A stretch of 64,000 bases of DNA, taken from contig JBAYHH010000003.1 in the NCBI GenBank assembly GCA_041666265.1, forward strand, positions 2,020 through 66,019, written 5' to 3'. Below, one piece after another: positions 45,207 through 55,920 of the stretch. Both the position numbers and the translations under genes were made by a program. The notes under the pieces were generated by a model. It did no database searches. It was not told the DNA's origin and saw nothing but the letters and a program-made list of their open reading frames with translations. How positions within the stretch are numbered: position 1 is the stretch's first letter; each line of letters starts with the position of its first letter. The DNA comes from Candidatus Magasanikiibacteriota bacterium. GTDB taxonomy: Bacteria; Patescibacteriota; Patescibacteriia; Magasanikbacterales; GWA2-37-8.

Positions 45207-47957
45207 ATGATTGATTTTTTAAAGAAAAATTTTTTAGCCATAATATTATCGTCACTTTTTGTTTTTGTCGTTATCTGGGCAGGGAACACCATATCAGTGA
45301 TTACCTGTCGCGGGGTTCTTGAGCCACTCACCATTAAAATAGATGGTTTAGACGAATATAGCCTTTCTTCTGTTAAGGTTTTGGCCATCCTCTCGCGCGC
45401 CGGCAATACTATAAATTTAGTTAAGGTGCCGGAGCACACGGGAGAATGGAATAATTATGGCCAAACATTCATAAAAAAGATAGTGCTTGGTTTAAAAAGC
45501 GAGCATTTGGATAAACTAAAACAAATAACGATCAGTCTGGGGTACAAGAATTTTATTTTTAGTCGTGATCAGTTTTTAGCCGAGTGGACTAAAAATAGTA
45601 ATCAAGAAGATAATTTTTCTTTAGCAAGTAATTTATATGATAAGGGAGGAAACCATAATTACCTGGTATATGAGGCGCCAGAACAAGTAAAGGCCGCACC
45701 ACTAAACATCCCTTTTTCACCCACTATTTTTTCCAGTATAAATTTTGGTGGTAGTGGCAAGCTGATTACTCAGCCATTGATAGCCAGTATTAAATCATTT
45801 ATTTTGGTAGAGATTGTAATGTTTGTTTTTTGCTTTATTCTACTCTATCTTCAAAGGAAAAATGATGGCGAGGTTAATGGCGGAGAAGATGATATACACA
45901 AGCGCCAGTTCATTATTTTTGGTTTGAGCATTGTCGTCGTTTTGTTGTTTTTGTTTTTATTTGATATTTTATTAGCACATTTTTATCAGCCAGATTTATC
46001 TCAAATATTGAAAGGTGCTTCTGGAATTTATCGAGACTTCATGTTGTCTAGTTTTGTGCCCAAACCAACGGAGCGAGCGCAATTTGTCCTCAGCGTATTA
46101 CTAAGTCCAATCTTGTTATTTTGCTCTTATAAATTAATAAATAAATACATTATCAAATTGAACGAAGGTATAATTAGGCGTCTGTATTATGTTTTAAGTA
46201 TCATTTTTCCTTTGGCAATTTTTGCCGTTGCTTATATTGGATTAGCCGTTAGTAATTTTCTTTACATAAAAGATAGTTATTTCTTTAATGGAATTGGCGA
46301 GTATTTATATGTTATTTTAGCGTTTCCGATTGGGGCTTACTTTGTTTATTCATCGAAAATGGAAAATAATAAAATAATTAAATTATTATTTTATTTATTT
46401 TATAGTTTGTTAATCTTGGTGATATTTTTTATCAATATTTTTGCCTTAAATGATGTTGTTTTGACCACCAAACTGTCATCTGCCCCCCACTTTAATCCGG
46501 TATTAAACCCAATAACGCAGGTAATAGTTGGCAAAACCATGCTGGTCGATCTGACTGGGCAATACGGGCTTTCGCCAATTTTTTTATCAGGTGTTTTTAA
46601 GTTGATAAATTTTAGTGTTCTATCATTTACTTCACTGATGGGTTTATTGTTGGCGCTAAGTTATTTTTTCATTTTTGTTTTTCTTCGGAGATTGATCAAG
46701 AGCAATGTTATTTTATTGTTAGGTTTTTCAACAGTGGTTTTTTATTTCTTCCAAAACGGTACTAATCCGAGTCCGTATTTTCAATATTGGCCAATTAGAA
46801 TTTTTTTTCCGTGTTTGATTTTGTTTCTAGCTTCTTTTTATATTAAAAATAAAAGTAAACTTCTTTATTTAGCGATATCTTTGGCCAGCACTCTGTCAAT
46901 TTTATGGAACACCGATTCGGGCGCGGTGGTATTCATTGCGTGGATTGCCACACTTTGTTATTCCGAATTATTTAACGCCAATAGAAAAATAATTGTCAAA
47001 AATATAATTTTGCATATAATTTTTGGGTTATTTGTATTGGGTTTGGTTTTGGCGACATATTCCATTTATGCATTTTTGAGAAGTGGGGCTTTGCCGGACC
47101 TTACTATATTATTGTTGTTTCAGAGGATTTTCTTATTAGGTTTTATGCTGATACCAATGCCGTTTCCGCATGTTTGGTTGTTGGCTGCCACAGCCTTTTT
47201 GGTTGGCCTGTTGATAGCCATTCGCAGTTGGTGCAATCAGGATAAAAGCGATAAGAATATTTTGATTTTCTTACTTTCGGTAATGGGTGTTGGCCTATTT
47301 AGCTATTATGAAGGCCGGTCTCATGATTATACTTTTTTTTGCCCCATGTATATTGTTTTGATTTTGTTAGCTGTTTTGGCAGATTTAATTTTTCAGGAGA
47401 GTATTGCCAACAAAAAATCTTATGGTAGTGGAATTATATTTTTAATGATATTGTTTTTTATTTTTTCTTCCCCATTAAATATAATTGCCAATAGCAAGCA
47501 ATACTATAGTTGGACCAAAAAAGGATTAAGCGCTTTTGTAGATAAAACCGAAACAATATTAACTAGGAATGTTGATTTTATAAAAAAATATACTGTTAGA
47601 GGAGAAAAAATTATTATTTTGTCGGAAAATTCACTAGATGGTTTGTATTATGGGGAGTCGGGCACGCGGTCCGCCTTAGATTTGCCTTCTTCAACTGAGG
47701 TGTTATTAAAACAAGAGGTTGATTATCTATTTAATGTGTTAAGGTGTAACCGTAGTTACAAATTGTTTTTTTATCCGTTTGAATATAGAGAAACAATTAT
47801 GCCCGATAAGTATTATTTTTATGACGAAAGAGTCATTAAAATTATCAAGAATGATTACGCGGTGGTAGAGAAAAGTAGTGACGATATGGTTTTATTGATT
47901 AGAAAAACTAGCGCGTCGAGTACTTGTGATATTCCCAAATTAAAATATCAAATATGA
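45207..47957 (+). CDS. large polytopic membrane protein, putative GT-C glycosyltransferase
   Basis: Many TMs; D...QYG, PYFQYWPIR, WNTDSG motifs; follows the GtrB-like gene. Confidence 0.55.
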   Translation: MIDFLKKNFLAIILSSLFVFVVIWAGNTISVITCRGVLEPLTIKIDGLDEYSLSSVKVLAILSRAGNTINLVKVPEHTGEWNNYGQTFIKKIVLGLKSEHLDKLKQITISLGYKNFIFSRDQFLAEWTKNSNQEDNFSLASNLYDKGGNHNYLVYEAPEQVKAAPLNIPFSPTIFSSINFGGSGKLITQPLIASIKSFILVEIVMFVFCFILLYLQRKNDGEVNGGEDDIHKRQFIIFGLSIVVVLLFLFLFDILLAHFYQPDLSQILKGASGIYRDFMLSSFVPKPTERAQFVLSVLLSPILLFCSYKLINKYIIKLNEGIIRRLYYVLSIIFPLAIFAVAYIGLAVSNFLYIKDSYFFNGIGEYLYVILAFPIGAYFVYSSKMENNKIIKLLFYLFYSLLILVIFFINIFALNDVVLTTKLSSAPHFNPVLNPITQVIVGKTMLVDLTGQYGLSPIFLSGVFKLINFSVLSFTSLMGLLLALSYFFIFVFLRRLIKSNVILLLGFSTVVFYFFQNGTNPSPYFQYWPIRIFFPCLILFLASFYIKNKSKLLYLAISLASTLSILWNTDSGAVVFIAWIATLCYSELFNANRKIIVKNIILHIIFGLFVLGLVLATYSIYAFLRSGALPDLTILLLFQRIFLLGFMLIPMPFPHVWLLAATAFLVGLLIAIRSWCNQDKSDKNILIFLLSVMGVGLFSYYEGRSHDYTFFCPMYIVLILLAVLADLIFQESIANKKSYGSGIIFLMILFFIFSSPLNIIANSKQYYSWTKKGLSAFVDKTETILTRNVDFIKKYTVRGEKIIILSENSLDGLYYGESGTRSALDLPSSTEVLLKQEVDYLFNVLRCNRSYKLFFYPFEYRETIMPDKYYFYDERVIKIIKNDYAVVEKSSDDMVLLIRKTSASSTCDIPKLKYQI

Positions 47958-48865
47958 GCAATCCGATTTTGAGTATTTGCATTCCCACCTATAATAGAGC
48001 CAATTTTTTAAAAAAGAATTTGGATAGTATCATTTCGCAGTTTAATGATCGCAATATTAAAGAGTTGGTAGAAGTAGTAATATCTGATAATGCCAGCACG
48101 GATGATACTGCCATGGTCGTAAAATCATTTCAAGAAAGATTTGATAATATAAAGTTTTTTGAGAATGATCAAAATTTGTTGTTTGATAGGAATTTACTAA
48201 ATGTAATAGAAAAAAGTTCTGGTGAGTATTGTTTGACCATCGGCGATGATGATGCCCTGTTTTCAGGTAGTTTGGCCACCATTATTAGCAAATTAAAATC
48301 TATTCGTGCTGATTATTTTATTCTCAACAGTTGGGGGTATGACCATGATTTGAATCGACCATTGCTTTCACGCCCTAACACACAGCTTATCAACGATGTG
48401 ATTTTTAACAGTTTGGCAGATTTTGTCCGATCAATTAAAAAACACCGTGATTTAATAGGATATTTTGGCGGCATGTCTACTCAATTGTTTTTGCGGAATA
48501 TCTGGATGAATTATGAACACAAGAATGATTTTCTCGATACCCAAAGTATGCACACACTTGTCTTACTTAGTGCTTACAAAAATAGCAGGTTTGCCTTATT
48601 GGCATTCCCAGCTGTTAAAACCAGAAGTGATAACATGCGCTGGAACGCTATTCCTGGCCTAGAAACCACTATTCGTCGTAGCAAAGCCACTGTGGAGAGT
48701 GTTTTGTGGATTAAAAAACAATACAGCCTATCGATTTCCGGTTGGAAAATAAAAGTTTATTATCTAACCCGAGGATACTGGGTGGCTTTTAAAGAATTTA
48801 CTAAGAAGATTTTGTTAGAAATGGGACTTAAAAAAATTATTGATTTTTATCGTAGTTTAAAATAA
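47954..48865 (+). CDS. GT2 glycosyltransferase (RfbV abequosyltransferase-like)
   Basis: LSICIPTYNRA, SDNASTDDT, DRN, GEY...IGDDD. Confidence 0.8.
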   Translation: MSNPILSICIPTYNRANFLKKNLDSIISQFNDRNIKELVEVVISDNASTDDTAMVVKSFQERFDNIKFFENDQNLLFDRNLLNVIEKSSGEYCLTIGDDDALFSGSLATIISKLKSIRADYFILNSWGYDHDLNRPLLSRPNTQLINDVIFNSLADFVRSIKKHRDLIGYFGGMSTQLFLRNIWMNYEHKNDFLDTQSMHTLVLLSAYKNSRFALLAFPAVKTRSDNMRWNAIPGLETTIRRSKATVESVLWIKKQYSLSISGWKIKVYYLTRGYWVAFKEFTKKILLEMGLKKIIDFYRSLK

Positions 48866-48877
48866 TCCGATTTAATT

Positions 48878-49711
48878 ATGAGCAGTATTTCATTTGTAAT
48901 ATTTACAAAAAACGAAGAAAACAGAATAGGATATGTTATTCGTAATTTTATAAAATACGGTGAAGTTTTGGTATTTGATGATGGTAGTACCGATAAAACC
49001 GAGGATGTGGTCAAAGCGGCGGGGGGGCAGTACATCCTTCGTCCCAAGTCAGACGCTATGTATGTTGAAAGGCAGGATATGTATAATTTTATAAAGCCAT
49101 ACTTAAAAACCGATTGGATTTATTGGGGATATGCTGACAACATGGCATCCAAAATTCTACTGGATAAGATCTCGGAAGTTATTATAGATGGTAATATAAA
49201 GTATGTAAGGGTTCCTTTATATACTTATCTTTACGGTAACACCAAGATCCCCATGTTTAAAGGCTATGCCCCGATGTTTTTTAGGAAAGATTATATTGAT
49301 TTTACCGATAACATCATACACGGCATGGGGAAATTTATAGGAAAGAAAAATGAAATTTTAACCCTACCAAGCCGCGAGGAATACGCCATTCGCCATTATA
49401 GTCTATACGATATGAAAAAATTTGTTTTGAATCATCTGCGCTATGCGGAAGCAGAGGCGCAAAGTAAATTTGAAAGGGGAAAAAAATTTAGTATTTTTTT
49501 GATGATTGGAGCAATGATAAGGTATTTGGTTCTTTTCTATAAATTCTCTTTTAGGAATGGGGTTAAAGGTTTGGTGGTGGCTCTAATGTATTCGTATTTT
49601 AGACTGATGGTTTATGCTAAACTTTATGAATTAGAGAATGGTATTAGCTTAGAGTCGATTGAAGCAGATTTTATTGAGTCAAGAGAGAAAATTTTAAATG
49701 ATATTGAATAA
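48878..49711 (+). CDS. GT2 glycosyltransferase
   Basis: TKNEE, DDGSTDKT. Confidence 0.8.
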   Translation: MSSISFVIFTKNEENRIGYVIRNFIKYGEVLVFDDGSTDKTEDVVKAAGGQYILRPKSDAMYVERQDMYNFIKPYLKTDWIYWGYADNMASKILLDKISEVIIDGNIKYVRVPLYTYLYGNTKIPMFKGYAPMFFRKDYIDFTDNIIHGMGKFIGKKNEILTLPSREEYAIRHYSLYDMKKFVLNHLRYAEAEAQSKFERGKKFSIFLMIGAMIRYLVLFYKFSFRNGVKGLVVALMYSYFRLMVYAKLYELENGISLESIEADFIESREKILNDIE

Positions 49712-49716
49712 TTTTT

Positions 49717-50508
49717 ATGATTACATTGATAACCTCGTCGTATCAGTCGGAAAAATATCTTAAAACATACATTACCAAGGTAGTGGAGGCGAGTAATTTT
49801 TTAGAAGACAAGATTAATTTTGAGATTATTGTTATTGCCAATGCGCCCACAAAAAAAGAGGTAGAAGCGTTTGAAAATTTAAATAAGGAAAAATGGTTCA
49901 GATATGTGGAAGTACCGAGAGAGTCGGTTTTTGCTTCAATTAATCGTGGGGTGGATTTGGCAAAAGGCGATGTGGTGGGGTTGTGGAATGTTGACGATGT
50001 TCGTTTTCCGGAAGCATTGATCGACAGTGACCGCTTGTTTAAAAATAATATTGATATAGTTTATTTTCCTTTCATTATAAAGTGGTATTTAAATTTAATC
50101 GGCATTAATTTTTTAATAAAGAGAAAAATAATCAAGCCGCCATTATTTGATAAAAAAAAATTTACTAGCGAAATGCATTGCGGCCCTTTTTTTCTTTTCA
50201 GAAAAGATTTTTATAAGCAAGTTGGTCCATTTGACGAGCAATTTAAAATATCAGGCGACCTTGATTGGTGTATCCGTGCCGCTAAAATTTCTGATAAATT
50301 TGTTTTGTCAGAAAAAGATGGCGGGGTGTTTAGGGTTGATGGTGGCGGTCTTAGCGCGGGAAGAAAGAAGCAGCATCTCTTGGAGGATAATATTATTAAG
50401 GCGCGCCACCACCTTTCCAATGAATTAAAAAATTTTAGCGCGAAGGAATTTTCGGGATTTAAAATTAACATGATTCAACGAAATAATAATTTTACAAATT
50501 ATTTGTAG
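49717..50508 (+). CDS. GT2 glycosyltransferase
   Basis: NRG...A.GD, NVDD, GPFDEQFKISGDLDW. Confidence 0.82.
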   Translation: MITLITSSYQSEKYLKTYITKVVEASNFLEDKINFEIIVIANAPTKKEVEAFENLNKEKWFRYVEVPRESVFASINRGVDLAKGDVVGLWNVDDVRFPEALIDSDRLFKNNIDIVYFPFIIKWYLNLIGINFLIKRKIIKPPLFDKKKFTSEMHCGPFFLFRKDFYKQVGPFDEQFKISGDLDWCIRAAKISDKFVLSEKDGGVFRVDGGGLSAGRKKQHLLEDNIIKARHHLSNELKNFSAKEFSGFKINMIQRNNNFTNYL

Positions 50509-50532
50509 TTTGATATTAGTATTACATGATAT

Positions 50533-51465
50533 ATGGGATTAGTAATTCTCGATCGATCACCAAAATTGAATATATTTTCTTTAGAATATTTAAAAAATAT
50601 TGGTCGTTCCATATTTAAGAAAACCAGAGGCCCTCAAGCGGTTACCACTGGTCTGTTGTTTGGCTTAAACGAACTCCGGTATGGATATAAATATAATCCA
50701 AAAGAAAAAAAAATTGATTTCGATGATATTGTTTATGTGAACGGGAGTATCAGGGCGCTTAAATGGGCAATTAAGGCAAAAAGAGACGGGAAAATAAGAA
50801 ATTTAATTGCCGGCCCGGTAATGACAGTTTTGCCAGATGATAAGTCAGGGATAATGTTAGATAAAAATATAGACAGGATTTTATTTCCTTCTCAATGGAC
50901 AAAAGATTTTTGGTTGTCGTTGGCTCCTTGGTTGGGTGAAAAAATACAAATCTGGCCAGCCGGCGTGAGTGACCCCGGAATGGTCAAAAATAGAAAAAAT
51001 AGCAGTTTTATAATATATCAAAAAAATGCGCCGGTAGCACTGTTGAGTCATATTATAAATTATTTTGAAACAAAAAATATAAATTATAAAATAATAAAAT
51101 ACGGAAGCTATAAAAAGAGTTTTTATCTTAAAATGCTGGAGAATAGTACGGGAATGGTGTATTTGTCGGAGTCAGAGAGTCAGGGGTTGGCATTGTGCGA
51201 GGCTTGGATGTATAATATACCAACCATAGTGTGGAATAGGGGATATTGGGAGTATGGTAAATATAAGTGGTTCGACACAAAGATAAGCGCTCCATATTTG
51301 ACCGAAGAATGCGGAAGGTTTTTTGCAGGAAAGGATGATTTCATAGAGAAATGGCATGATTTTGAAAATAATCTGAATGTGTATAAGCCTCGTACCTATG
51401 CCGTGGATCACTTTTCCAACAAGGTGTCGGCCAATATATTTGTGGATTTATTAAAGATTTGTTGA
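50533..51465 (+). CDS. GT-B (GT4-like) glycosyltransferase
   Basis: PSQW, ESQGLALCEAW..NIP. Confidence 0.7.
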   Translation: MGLVILDRSPKLNIFSLEYLKNIGRSIFKKTRGPQAVTTGLLFGLNELRYGYKYNPKEKKIDFDDIVYVNGSIRALKWAIKAKRDGKIRNLIAGPVMTVLPDDKSGIMLDKNIDRILFPSQWTKDFWLSLAPWLGEKIQIWPAGVSDPGMVKNRKNSSFIIYQKNAPVALLSHIINYFETKNINYKIIKYGSYKKSFYLKMLENSTGMVYLSESESQGLALCEAWMYNIPTIVWNRGYWEYGKYKWFDTKISAPYLTEECGRFFAGKDDFIEKWHDFENNLNVYKPRTYAVDHFSNKVSANIFVDLLKIC

Positions 51466-51473
51466 TTTATATT

Positions 51474-52184
51474 ATGTTGTCAGAATACTTTTTACGCGTC
51501 AAATTACAGTTTAGAAAGCCAATAAACTATATTTATAGTTTTAGCTTTTTCAAACAATTTATTGGTCCAAACAAATTATTTTTTGATATTGGTGCTAATG
51601 TAGGCAACCGTACTAGAGTTTTTAATCGGTTGGGCGTAAAGGTGGTCGCTTTAGAGCCTCAGTCAAATTGCGCCGATAAACTCGCAAAAGAGTTTGTTAA
51701 TAAGAATGTGGTAATAGTACGCAAAGGCGTTGGAAGAGGGATGGGGGAGATGAGAATGAGTGTTTGTACAAATGTGAGCAGCATTTCTACTTTTTCCGAA
51801 GATTGGAAAACCGGACGATTCAAAAATTTTAAGTTTGATAAGGAGATTGTGGTTCCTATGACCACACTGGATAAATTAATAGCAGAATACGGTAGTCCAG
51901 ATTTTTGCAAAATAGATGTAGAAGGCTATGAGTTTGAAGTTTTTGCTGGCTTAACTAAAAAAATAGATTGCTTGAATTTTGAGTTCACCAGTGAATTTTT
52001 TAAAAATACAATTAAATGTCTCGAAAGATTGATAGTGATTGGTTTTAAAGAATTTAATTTTACTTTAGGTGAGGAGCCATTTTTTATTTTGCAGTCATGG
52101 GTTAACAAAGACATGTTACATGCTATTATTGAAGAAAAAATTAAAAATAATACTGATTTGTGGGGGGATATTTATGCTAGATAA
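51474..52184 (+). CDS. FkbM family methyltransferase
   Basis: FDIGANVG, EP, TTLD, KIDVEGYE. Confidence 0.9.
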   Translation: MLSEYFLRVKLQFRKPINYIYSFSFFKQFIGPNKLFFDIGANVGNRTRVFNRLGVKVVALEPQSNCADKLAKEFVNKNVVIVRKGVGRGMGEMRMSVCTNVSSISTFSEDWKTGRFKNFKFDKEIVVPMTTLDKLIAEYGSPDFCKIDVEGYEFEVFAGLTKKIDCLNFEFTSEFFKNTIKCLERLIVIGFKEFNFTLGEEPFFILQSWVNKDMLHAIIEEKIKNNTDLWGDIYAR

Positions 52185-52193
52185 TTAAAATTT

Positions 52194-54128
52194 ATGTTTA
52201 TGCAATTTTTGGTAGCGTTTTTTTGGGGGATTGTAGTACTGCTGGCTTTTATTGGCTATGGCAGACTTCTTAATTTAATTTTATCTCCCGGAAAAAAATT
52301 TGATCTGGGCATGCAGGCGGCCTTTGGTTTAATCTTGAGTATAACGATCGGAGGTTTTTTGAATTTTATCGCCGTTATTTCGGTATTATCAATAAAAATT
52401 TTTATTACTTTTGGTTTTTTATCGTTTTTATTTTTTTGGCTTAAAAATTTTCGAACATGGCCAATACTAATACATCAAGTATTTTCATTTGTCAAAGAAA
52501 ATATAATTTTTGCCGTGGCCGTGACTGTGATTTTCGTGATTATTTTAGGTCGTTATAGTGTTGCGGTTTCCTTTTTCGGTTTTAATGGCACCGATGATCA
52601 TTATAGTTATATGGCTTTTCCGGCACAGATGTTACAGATCGGCTCGCTTAGTAACGATCCCTTTAACGAGCGCCGTCTGGAGTCGTCTCTTGGCGGTCAG
52701 TATTTTTTGCACGCCATCATTCTTTCCGTCACCTCTTTTAAGAACTTACATCTCACAGACAATGGATTGGGTTATTTAATTTTAGTGCTTTTATTGGTTG
52801 GTTTTCTTAGAGAAAAGAAAATCGGGAAGTTTCTTGGCATCAGTGTTGTTTTTTTAATGACGGTTGTTGTCTCTCCCGTGCTTAATATTACCGCCAGCTA
52901 CACCGCCGCTGTTGTATTTTTTCTTTTTTTTAGATTGTCCTATCCGATTTTAGGATTCAAAAATCATTCCAATCTGTTTAGTGCGCTAATGATTGCTTTG
53001 CCATTATCGGCAATTTGCGCTCTAAAATCCACCTACATTGTTGTCGCGGCAATGTTGTTTATTGGGCATTATTTTGTGTATTTTCGTCGTATTGGCAATT
53101 ATCGGCCGGTAATCAAGGAGCTGGTTGTGACGGTGTCAGCAATTTTTATTTTCCTTCTGCCATGGATGTTATCAATGTTGTCATCTTCGGGGACAATGCT
53201 TTGTCCAATTTTTGGTCGCGGTTATCAAGGAACCGCTTATGGGGCTTTTGAGCATGTTGTTCAATTTGATTTGTACAGCTTATTGCGCTTGCTTTTTGAA
53301 AGTTTTAGTAGTTTTACCACACTACTACCGTTTGCTGTAATCGGTATTATGGCCTATGGTTTAGTTGGCGGTGAAGAAAAGCATTTTTTCTGGGTCATAT
53401 TTTTAAGCTCATTATCCGGTTTGTTGGCATTGATTTTGCTCATGGGCGGATATAGTTTGTATTATTATAGTTTTGCATTTCTTTTTTCAAGCATTTTATT
53501 TGTTGCTTGTTTATTGTTCGCCGGGGATTTGCGTTTTCGTATTTTTCCTATTTTTAATGATCGCCTGGTTGGATTAGCTTTGGTAACTTTTTTATTTGGT
53601 GCATTTTTACAGAGAGATTTGGCAGTGGTGGACAATATAAAATATAGCCTAAACATCGATGGTGGCCGACCGAAGATCGGGCTTATCAATTCTGATTTAG
53701 TAAGTGAGAAAGAGCTTAAACAATATTCGGATTTGCAAAAATCAGTCCCGGCTGGAGAAATAATTATTGCCCGACTCGACAAGAATTTTTTGTTTGATTT
53801 TAAAAGAAACAGGATTTATATAAATGATTCGCCGGGTGGATCCAGTTTGCCTCCCGGAATTCCATTAAAAAGCGGTAGCGAATCTATGGCTAACTATTTT
53901 TTATCCCACAATATTAAATATATCACATATTCTTACGGAAATGAGGCAAATTTTTCTTTTGCGTCCGTATCTGGGATGCTGAAACCGCATGTAAATCGGT
54001 TATTGCGCTCCATTACCGAAAATAGTTTAGCTTTTCAGGATTACACCATGGAATTAAGCAAAACAAGAAAAATAATTTATGATGACGGAAAAAATTTTGT
54101 AATCGATTTATCAATTATAACTAAATAA
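52194..54128 (+). CDS. polytopic membrane protein, putative GT-C
   Basis: More than 12 TMs; early extracytoplasmic loop with DD..Y motif. Confidence 0.5.
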   Translation: MFMQFLVAFFWGIVVLLAFIGYGRLLNLILSPGKKFDLGMQAAFGLILSITIGGFLNFIAVISVLSIKIFITFGFLSFLFFWLKNFRTWPILIHQVFSFVKENIIFAVAVTVIFVIILGRYSVAVSFFGFNGTDDHYSYMAFPAQMLQIGSLSNDPFNERRLESSLGGQYFLHAIILSVTSFKNLHLTDNGLGYLILVLLLVGFLREKKIGKFLGISVVFLMTVVVSPVLNITASYTAAVVFFLFFRLSYPILGFKNHSNLFSALMIALPLSAICALKSTYIVVAAMLFIGHYFVYFRRIGNYRPVIKELVVTVSAIFIFLLPWMLSMLSSSGTMLCPIFGRGYQGTAYGAFEHVVQFDLYSLLRLLFESFSSFTTLLPFAVIGIMAYGLVGGEEKHFFWVIFLSSLSGLLALILLMGGYSLYYYSFAFLFSSILFVACLLFAGDLRFRIFPIFNDRLVGLALVTFLFGAFLQRDLAVVDNIKYSLNIDGGRPKIGLINSDLVSEKELKQYSDLQKSVPAGEIIIARLDKNFLFDFKRNRIYINDSPGGSSLPPGIPLKSGSESMANYFLSHNIKYITYSYGNEANFSFASVSGMLKPHVNRLLRSITENSLAFQDYTMELSKTRKIIYDDGKNFVIDLSIITK

Positions 54129-54151
54129 AATTTAATTTTTAATAATGATCT

Positions 54152-55861
54152 ATGAAAATACTTGGTTTAAGCAGTTATTCCCATGAGGCCAGCGCCGCTC
54201 TTATTGTTGATGGTCAGTTAGTCTCATTTGTCGAAGAAGAGCGCATTAATCGTGAGAAACATACATGGAAATTTCCAAAAAATGCAATTACCGCCTGTTT
54301 AAAAGAGGCCAAGTTATCTATTAGGGATATTGACCATTTTACTTTTTTCTGGGTGCCATCCAAGGAATTAACCGGTAATTTATTACATTTTGCAAAGTTT
54401 TTTCCAGAGAGTATAAATCTATTTAAAGCCTCGTCCGGTTCTGATGATTTAACTTTTTTAACAAGATTAAATTTGATGCGAAACATCGGGCGTACTTTAA
54501 AAAATGAGTTTGGTTTATCGCAGATACCGCATGTTCATTATATCGAACATCATTTATCTCATGCGGCCAGTGCTTTTTTTGTTTCTCCTTATCAGGATGC
54601 TGCTATTTTAACAATGGACGGTCGCGGTGAATCAACGTCAACATTCTTGGCGGTCGGACATCAGAATAAAATTGAGAGGATAAAAGAAATTAAAGTTCCG
54701 CATTCTTTGGGACATTTATACGCAGCCGTTACCGATCATTTAGGATTCAAACCTTTTTTTGATGAGTGGAAGGTTATGGGAATGTCCGCATATGGAAAAA
54801 ATACTTATGTTAAAGATTTTCAAGATGTGGTTTCTTTGCTCAGCGACGGAACATATCGGCTTAATTTGGAATATTTTAAATTTCATACCCATGGCCAATC
54901 TCAATGGGTGAGTGATTTGTTCATAAAAAAATTTGGTCCTAAGAGAAAATATCAGGATCCATACGAACCACGACATTATGATATTGCTTATGGATTACAA
55001 AAAATTGTAGAAAATGCCGGAGTAAATTTAGCCAAACATCTATACGAAATAACGCAACTTCCCAACCTTTGTATGACCGGCGGAGTTGTTTTGAATTGTC
55101 TAATGAACAAAAGAATAGTCGAGGAGACGCAGTTTAAGGAATTCTTTTTTCAGCCAATTGCCAATGACGCAGGAACATCTTTGGGCAGTGCTTTGTATTT
55201 TCATCATCAAATTCTTAATCAGCCCCGTAAATTCATTTTTGATTCGGTTTATTGGGGGCCACAGTATAGTCCGGCGGAGATAGAAGATGTGCTAATCAAA
55301 ATGAGGGTTAAATATAAACGCTGTGATAATATTGCACGAGAAACAGCCCCACATATCGCCCAAGGTAAAATTGTTGGCTGGTTTCAAGGGAGAATGGAGG
55401 CAGGTCCTCGAGCTTTGGGTAATCGCAGTATCGTCGTCACTCCCGTTAACTCAGCAATGAAGGACAAGCTTAATGAACGCGTTAAAAAACGCGAGCATTT
55501 TCGTCCGTTCGCGCCATCAGTATTAGAAGAAAAAGCATCGGAGTATTTTAATATGCCCAAGGGGCAGTTATCGCCTTACATGATTCTTGTTGCCGATGTA
55601 AAGGAATATAAAAAGAATGTTATTCCAGCGGTTACGCATGCTGATGGGACATCGCGGGTTCACACGGTAAACCGAAATACTAATCCCCGATATTGGGAAC
55701 TAATTTCCGAGTTCGAAAAAATTACCGGTGTCGCGGTTATTATCAATACTTCTTTTAATGAGAATGAGCCAATCGTCTGTACACCACAGGATGCAGTTAG
55801 TTGTTTCTTGAGAACGGAGTTTGATGTGTTGGCTATCGGAGATTTCTTGGTTGAAAAATAA
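54152..55861 (+). CDS. O-carbamoyltransferase (NodU/CmcH family)
   Basis: EEER..R.KH, EHH.SHAAS, DGRGE, KVMG, GPRALGNRS, KKRE.FRPFAP, NTSFN. Confidence 0.95.
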   Translation: MKILGLSSYSHEASAALIVDGQLVSFVEEERINREKHTWKFPKNAITACLKEAKLSIRDIDHFTFFWVPSKELTGNLLHFAKFFPESINLFKASSGSDDLTFLTRLNLMRNIGRTLKNEFGLSQIPHVHYIEHHLSHAASAFFVSPYQDAAILTMDGRGESTSTFLAVGHQNKIERIKEIKVPHSLGHLYAAVTDHLGFKPFFDEWKVMGMSAYGKNTYVKDFQDVVSLLSDGTYRLNLEYFKFHTHGQSQWVSDLFIKKFGPKRKYQDPYEPRHYDIAYGLQKIVENAGVNLAKHLYEITQLPNLCMTGGVVLNCLMNKRIVEETQFKEFFFQPIANDAGTSLGSALYFHHQILNQPRKFIFDSVYWGPQYSPAEIEDVLIKMRVKYKRCDNIARETAPHIAQGKIVGWFQGRMEAGPRALGNRSIVVTPVNSAMKDKLNERVKKREHFRPFAPSVLEEKASEYFNMPKGQLSPYMILVADVKEYKKNVIPAVTHADGTSRVHTVNRNTNPRYWELISEFEKITGVAVIINTSFNENEPIVCTPQDAVSCFLRTEFDVLAIGDFLVEK

Positions 55862-55920
55862 ACAAGAATAAAGATTACCATTCATTACACAAATTTTTTA
55901 GTCAATAATTTATTCTATAT

